This document shows, one piece after another, positions 47,700-51,957 of a DNA stretch of 51,957 bases. This stretch comes from a virus. Taxonomy: Duplodnaviria; Caudoviricetes. Where the stretch lies: positions 1-51,957 of IMG/VR virus record IMGVR_UViG_3300022743_000007, one strand, 5' to 3'. The notes beneath the pieces are model-generated. The model saw only the letters and a list, made by a program, of their open reading frames with translations, ran no database searches and was not told the DNA's origin. Position numbers and translations under genes: made by a program. The first letter of the stretch is position 1. Each line of letters begins with the position of its first letter.

Positions 47700-48446
47700 A
47701 TGGCAAAGCCCGTCGAGATTGGTGCCCGGAGTTTCCGGACCCAGAGCAGCGCCCTTGAACACTTTAAGGCTCTACTGCACCGTTATCAAGATGGTCAGCG
47801 CATTGCCGACCAGGGCGATCATGCCGACCTAACGGATCTCATCGAGCGGTATGACCTGGTGCTCGATGCTGTCGGTGAGCCAACGAAAGGTGCGGGCCAG
47901 ATCGCACATTTCGAGCGACGGCTGAATACGGGGACCGGCTGGAGCAGCTCGGGGTTCTGGGTTGTTCGTCAGGACGGAAGGGCTACCGACTTCTCGTACA
48001 TCGACGCCGTGAAGGGCAAACCGAAGGGCCGTTCGCAGAACTTTTACAACGCCTGCCGTCAGGCCGTCGCACTTGACCTCATCCAAGCCAAGAAAAAGGC
48101 CTTTGTCCAGTACGGAGACGATCAGGGCCGGGTCGAGTGTGAATTGACCGGAAAGATGGTCACCATCGACGATGCGCATCTGGACCACGCGTGGCCGTAC
48201 TTTTCACACTTGGTGAGCGGATTTCGAGCTGCCAGGAACTGGTCGAGAGAAATTCCGGAGGGAGTCGTTTCTGACCCGGCTGACGGGCAGACCACGGCGA
48301 CCTTTCTCGACAGCGCTGTGGCTGATGCTTTCCGCGCTTTCCACAACGATCAGGCCATGCTCCGAATCCTCTCTCGGGAGGCTAATCTTCAAACGGCTAG
48401 CTCAGCGCGGCGGCCGAAAGTAGCGCGGCCGATCTCCTTGGTGTAA
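47700..48446 (+). CDS. DCL/DUF3223 family protein with HNH-like C-terminal region
   Basis: GFWVVRQDGRATDFSY (DUF3223 signature); CELTG...AHLDH...LRILSREANL. Confidence 0.75.
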   Translation: MAKPVEIGARSFRTQSSALEHFKALLHRYQDGQRIADQGDHADLTDLIERYDLVLDAVGEPTKGAGQIAHFERRLNTGTGWSSSGFWVVRQDGRATDFSYIDAVKGKPKGRSQNFYNACRQAVALDLIQAKKKAFVQYGDDQGRVECELTGKMVTIDDAHLDHAWPYFSHLVSGFRAARNWSREIPEGVVSDPADGQTTATFLDSAVADAFRAFHNDQAMLRILSREANLQTASSARRPKVARPISLV

Positions 48447-48680
48447 CCGCGTGCTGCTTGGCTGAGTCGGACTGAGGATGCCGCACTGAAGATGCCATTC
48501 CGCCACGGCCTTTGAAATTTCGTCATCGGTAATGGGGGCTGCGCAGAAGCTTCAATTCAGGCATCATGACACGTACAATCTTTTCATTCTCCGAAGCATT
48601 GCCGTGACTTGGGCTTGTGCGGCATAAATTACGTTTCGGTGGGGCTATAGAAAAAACAAGATGCGAATATAGAGGGTGGT

Positions 48681-50279
48681 ATGAGTGCAGCAGGAACGAA
48701 TGCCCTAAAGGTGGTGACTGGACCTGAGCAGGGTGCAACTGAGCAATCTGTCAGGATTCCGCGACTGAACGAACGGCTTACTGAAGAGCTGGTAATTGCA
48801 CTCGTCGGCCCTGTAGGCTCTGGCTGTTCGACGACCTACGCGACACTCAATGAGATATTGGGCAGCCAGTACTCCTACGAAGTGCATTACTACAAGCTCA
48901 GCGAATACATCGCTCAAGGAGCCAAACTCGTCGAGGATGCCATCGCCGATCAACTGCCCGCAGCCGATCGCGTTGATATGTTGCAGACAGTCGGCGATAA
49001 GCTCCGAAAAGCTTGTGGATCCTCATACTTGGCTGCGAAGGCAGTCGAGAAGATTGCCGAGCAACGAGATCTCGAGGGTTTCGGAAAGACGGCGGATGGC
49101 GTTGCAGTGCCGAAGAAACTGCGGCAGGTCCACATCATCGACTCTATCAAGCACCCAGAAGAACTCAAGCTGTTGCGTTCGACGTATGGCGAGATCTTCT
49201 GGCTGATCGGAGTCTTTGCGCCATTGGGGGTTCGCGAGCAGCGGCTCACGTTACAGCAGAATTTGGACAAGGCAGCGCTGAGCAAGATTATTCAGCGAGA
49301 CTATCGCGAAGAAGACGATCACGGTCAAAAAGTCCGCGATGTGTTTTACCAAGCCGACTTCTTTGTCCGAAACGACCAAGAAAACAAGATCCAGTTAGAA
49401 AAGTCACTGGATCGGTTTTTGGAAATCATCTTCGGCAGTCCGGTTCATACGCCGACGCTGGATGAGTCCTCAATGTATGCTGCATACGCTGAGGCTGCGA
49501 AATCCGCTTGCCTGTCGCGGCAAGTTGGCGCGGCGGTCGTAAGTGGAAAAGGTGAATTGATCGGACTTGGTCGTAATGATGTTCCGCAGTACGGCGGCGG
49601 GCTCTATACAGAAGACGCCGGTGCTGGCGATCATCGTTGTCATGCCTGGCAGGACAGGCGCTGCCACAACGACAAGAAGAAAGATGTGCTTTACCAGCAG
49701 ATTTTCGAGAAGCTAAAGAAGAGCAACCTGCTGGCTGAAGGGGTCCGTCCAGAGGACGTGGCCAAGGCAGTCAAGGCGACGGACGTAAAGAGCCTGATCG
49801 AGTACTCACGGGCGGTGCATGCTGAAATGGACGCCATTACATCAGTAGCAAGGACTCACAAGGCGGGTCTGTTGGGTGGAACGCTGTACTCAACGACCTT
49901 CCCCTGTCATTCCTGTGCGCGGCATATCGTGGCCAGTGGTATTTACAAGGTGTTTTTTATCGAGCCGTATCCGAAGAGCCTGGCCACGGAGCTACACTCC
50001 GATGCGGTGTCGGAGAGCGAGGGCGATGCCGGAAAAAAGGTCCTGTTCCTTCAGTTTTCAGGAATAGCGCCGAAAAACATCCTTAAGCTCTTCAACGTCG
50101 GATTGACACGAAAGGGCAGCGATGGGAAACTGAAGCCCTTCGACAAGAAGACTGCGTCTCCTGTCGTCAAGGTCTCATTAGACGATTATTCGACTCACGA
50201 AAAGTGGGTCATTGCGGAGCTAGCCGAGAATGAACAACAAGCGTCACAAGGTAAACAACCAGCTCTCTTTGACGCTTGA
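48681..50279 (+). CDS. avcD: Anti-phage dCTP/dCMP deaminase with N-terminal P-loop kinase domain (AvcD/DcdV-type)
   Basis: LVGPVGSGCST, IIDSIKHPEE, SACLSRQVGA, HAE, TTFPCHSCARHI. Confidence 0.92.
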   Translation: MSAAGTNALKVVTGPEQGATEQSVRIPRLNERLTEELVIALVGPVGSGCSTTYATLNEILGSQYSYEVHYYKLSEYIAQGAKLVEDAIADQLPAADRVDMLQTVGDKLRKACGSSYLAAKAVEKIAEQRDLEGFGKTADGVAVPKKLRQVHIIDSIKHPEELKLLRSTYGEIFWLIGVFAPLGVREQRLTLQQNLDKAALSKIIQRDYREEDDHGQKVRDVFYQADFFVRNDQENKIQLEKSLDRFLEIIFGSPVHTPTLDESSMYAAYAEAAKSACLSRQVGAAVVSGKGELIGLGRNDVPQYGGGLYTEDAGAGDHRCHAWQDRRCHNDKKKDVLYQQIFEKLKKSNLLAEGVRPEDVAKAVKATDVKSLIEYSRAVHAEMDAITSVARTHKAGLLGGTLYSTTFPCHSCARHIVASGIYKVFFIEPYPKSLATELHSDAVSESEGDAGKKVLFLQFSGIAPKNILKLFNVGLTRKGSDGKLKPFDKKTASPVVKVSLDDYSTHEKWVIAELAENEQQASQGKQPALFDA

Positions 50280-50442
50280 GTTCTCGCCGCAGAATGTCCA
50301 GAGCGCCTGTTCCACAGTGGCACCTGTCCAGCAGCGTTCTGCCGGCATCATCGCATTCCCAACCCGCCAATCTCAGGGGACGAGCTTTCGTGAGCGTGTC
50401 ATCCAGGACCTGAGGAAAACCCGGGTCATGGTCGCAGATTAG
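50230..50442 (+). CDS. Small hypothetical protein overlapping the deaminase 3' end
   Basis: GGAG about 10 nt upstream of the ATG; 70 aa; 50-nt overlap. Confidence 0.5.
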   Translation: MNNKRHKVNNQLSLTLEFSPQNVQSACSTVAPVQQRSAGIIAFPTRQSQGTSFRERVIQDLRKTRVMVAD

Positions 50443-50828
50443 AAACGTCCTGACATCGGACCCATGCACAGCTCGGAACTCCCGGGCTGTTTTGTTTATA
50501 GGATGCGTTGTGCGTTCAAGGTTGCAAATTCGATTGTTAAAGGCGGAACCGAACTGGGCGTGCGTCCAAGATCTACGGGGTATCCCGAAAGCAAACCCAT
50601 TGATTTCGCAGTTGGTCTTGCAAAAACTCAAGGCACCCCATACAATCCGCCACCTTGCGCACATGCGCGCAGAGCGGTGAAGGGGTGGTTGTAATTGCAA
50701 CGCTTCTACACCACCAAATTCCAATGAGGAGATGCGAGTAGTTCCGAGGAGTTGGTAGTAAAGAAATTCGCAAAGATTTCTGCCTACCCAGTCCATATAA
50801 CGAACTCTCTCGACTCCAAAGCTAGAAA

Positions 50829-50841
50829 AATCAACGACTTA
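50829..50841 (+). promoter_or_regulatory. IHF consensus site
   Basis: AATCAAcgacTTA matches WATCAANNNNTTR. Confidence 0.5.
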
Positions 50842-50858
50842 GAGCGTGTGTCACGCTC

Positions 50859-50884
50859 AAGAAAGCGGCCCCAGCAGGGGCCGC
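50859..50884 (-). terminator. Intrinsic terminator for the minus-strand HTH gene
   Basis: GCGGCCCC-agca-GGGGCCGC followed on the minus strand by TTTCTT. Confidence 0.7.
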
Positions 50885-50907
50885 AGTCGTTTTAGCCTCC
50901 CAATTTA

Positions 50908-51375
50908 TTACCCGGGTAGTTGCGCGAGCGTCTGCAGTAATGTGCGGCGGTTGTCGTCAGCTGACAGCGTCGCGCCATTGGCTTGCGCTTCTTCCGACCA
51001 CTTGCGCGCCCACCCCATGACTTCCTCAGGATTGAAGCGTACGAGTTTGCCCACTCTGGTATGCGGAATACCAAGTGTTTCCCGAACCTGTGGGTGAGTG
51101 AGCGTGTACATGGGGATTCCTGTGGCCGCAGACAGCTGCCGTGGGGACAGCCACCTCGTATTGGCTGGAAGGATCACATCACTTGCCTTTTGCCAGGTTG
51201 ATTCGTAAAGGGCACTGTGTTCGTAGGCCTCGATTTCATCAAGCGGGTAGATCACCCGCTTCGAGAGCTTGAGGAACCGTGGCCCTCGACCTTCACAGCG
51301 CCAGCGTTGCAAGGTCTTGGAACTGATCCCCCAGCGCTGAGCCAGCTCGTTTTCGTTAAGCACTAGCTTTTCCAT
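50908..51375 (-). CDS. Tandem double-HTH DNA-binding protein
   Basis: AGGAG RBS, ATG 51375; N-domain close to the 9227 protein, C-domain resembles the 13734 protein. Confidence 0.85.
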   Translation of the reverse strand: MEKLVLNENELAQRWGISSKTLQRWRCEGRGPRFLKLSKRVIYPLDEIEAYEHSALYESTWQKASDVILPANTRWLSPRQLSAATGIPMYTLTHPQVRETLGIPHTRVGKLVRFNPEEVMGWARKWSEEAQANGATLSADDNRRTLLQTLAQLPG

Positions 51376-51597
51376 TGTGTAACTCCTGTTAGTAGTTGAG
51401 GAGTTCACATTGGGTTTGAAAGAGTCAGGGTACACAAGGTTCTCAAGGCCCTCAAGGCCCAATTTCTTCAACTATTAGCTGGGCGGCACATTTGGACACT
51501 CCCTTTCTTCACGCCAGCCCGACTGGGTGTATTCTTGAGATATCTGAAGAGATCACAATGTGCTCGTATTTGTAGAACTAGGTAAAAATCGATAAAT

Positions 51598-51957
51598 ATG
51601 GCTACAGCAAAAGAAGGCCTGCCTATCACTCCCGCTGTCGTTCAGTGGGCACGTGAGCGGTCTGGCTACTCTATTGAAGAAGCAGAGCGACATTTCAAAA
51701 AGATTGCCGCCTGGGAGGCGGGGCGGTCAATGCCGACCTATGTCCAAGTCGAAGATATGGCCGACCGATTTAAAGTGCCCGTCGCTGTCTTCTTTTTCCC
51801 CCAACCTCCAGAGCTGCCTGCACTAGAAAAATCGTTTCGAACTCTCACAGCTGAAGACTTTGCGGCAATTCCGCGAAGGGTTCGCTTCTTTTTACGCCAG
51901 GGACGTGCTATGCAGCTGAACTTGGCGGAACTAAACGATGGGAAAAACCCCTCGTCA
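51598..51957 (+). CDS. XRE-family HTH protein, probably fused to an ImmA/IrrE domain; truncated by the window edge
   Basis: My translation: MATAKEGLPITPAVVQWARERSGYSIEE...IAAWEAGRSMPT...FKVPVAVFFFPQPP...FRTL; frame open to the end of the window; not in the supplied ORF track. Confidence 0.78.
   Translation, partial: MATAKEGLPITPAVVQWARERSGYSIEEAERHFKKIAAWEAGRSMPTYVQVEDMADRFKVPVAVFFFPQPPELPALEKSFRTLTAEDFAAIPRRVRFFLRQGRAMQLNLAELNDGKNPSS

Larger units (their letters stand above)
128..50900. mobile_element. Temperate prophage (serine-recombinase integration, HK97-type head, Mu/SfV-like contractile tail) next to tRNA-Phe; right boundary uncertain and may extend past the window
   Basis: Integration, regulation, replication, packaging, head, tail and lysis modules in order, with no obvious disruptive frameshifts; cargo genes at both ends. 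Confidence 0.9.

Noticed and set aside
373-50775. 9-bp direct repeat TTCGCAAAG (373-381 and 50767-50775) and 10-bp inverted repeat AGAGTTCGTT/AACGAACTCT (1652, 50799) as att ends
   Set aside because: Matches this short are expected by chance in 52 kb, and one lies inside a gene.
50464-50796. Short ORFs downstream of the deaminase locus
   Set aside because: No RBS or motif, mutually overlapping; the region looks non-coding.

Overview
Nearly the whole window is an apparently intact temperate prophage that starts just downstream of a tRNA-Phe(GAA) gene (52-127); the host looks betaproteobacterial (inference from the tRNA sequence and gene content). From left to right it carries: an orphan 375-aa cargo gene; a large serine recombinase/DUF2924 integration module; an XRE-HTH + ImmA/IrrE peptidase + SIR2-like operon transcribed divergently from two uncharacterised genes; an early/replication operon (HTHs, BRO-N, AAA ATPase, PD-(D/E)XK nuclease, TOPRIM/P4-type primase-helicase, RuvC-like, DUF6362); a ParB-fused DNA methyltransferase; an HK97-type head (HNH, TerS, TerL, portal, S49 protease, capsid); a Mu/SfV-like contractile tail with a -1 frameshift chaperone; and a lysis cassette (holin, GH73 endolysin, Rz with nested Rz1). 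The AT-richer right-end cargo holds an AT3-SGNH acyltransferase/TPR/carbamoyltransferase operon, a DCL(DUF3223)-HNH-like gene, an AvcD-type dCTP deaminase with an overlapping small ORF, a gene that fuses copies of two of the phage's own early HTH proteins, and a truncated XRE gene at the edge. I saw no attR duplication of the tRNA 3' end, so the right boundary is uncertain. The best candidates for undescribed biology are the acyl/carbamoyl-transferase moron, the DCL-HNH + dCTP deaminase locus, the HTH-IrrE-SIR2 switch with its divergent gene pair, and the double-HTH paralogue. All family assignments come from motif recognition by eye, not database searches.
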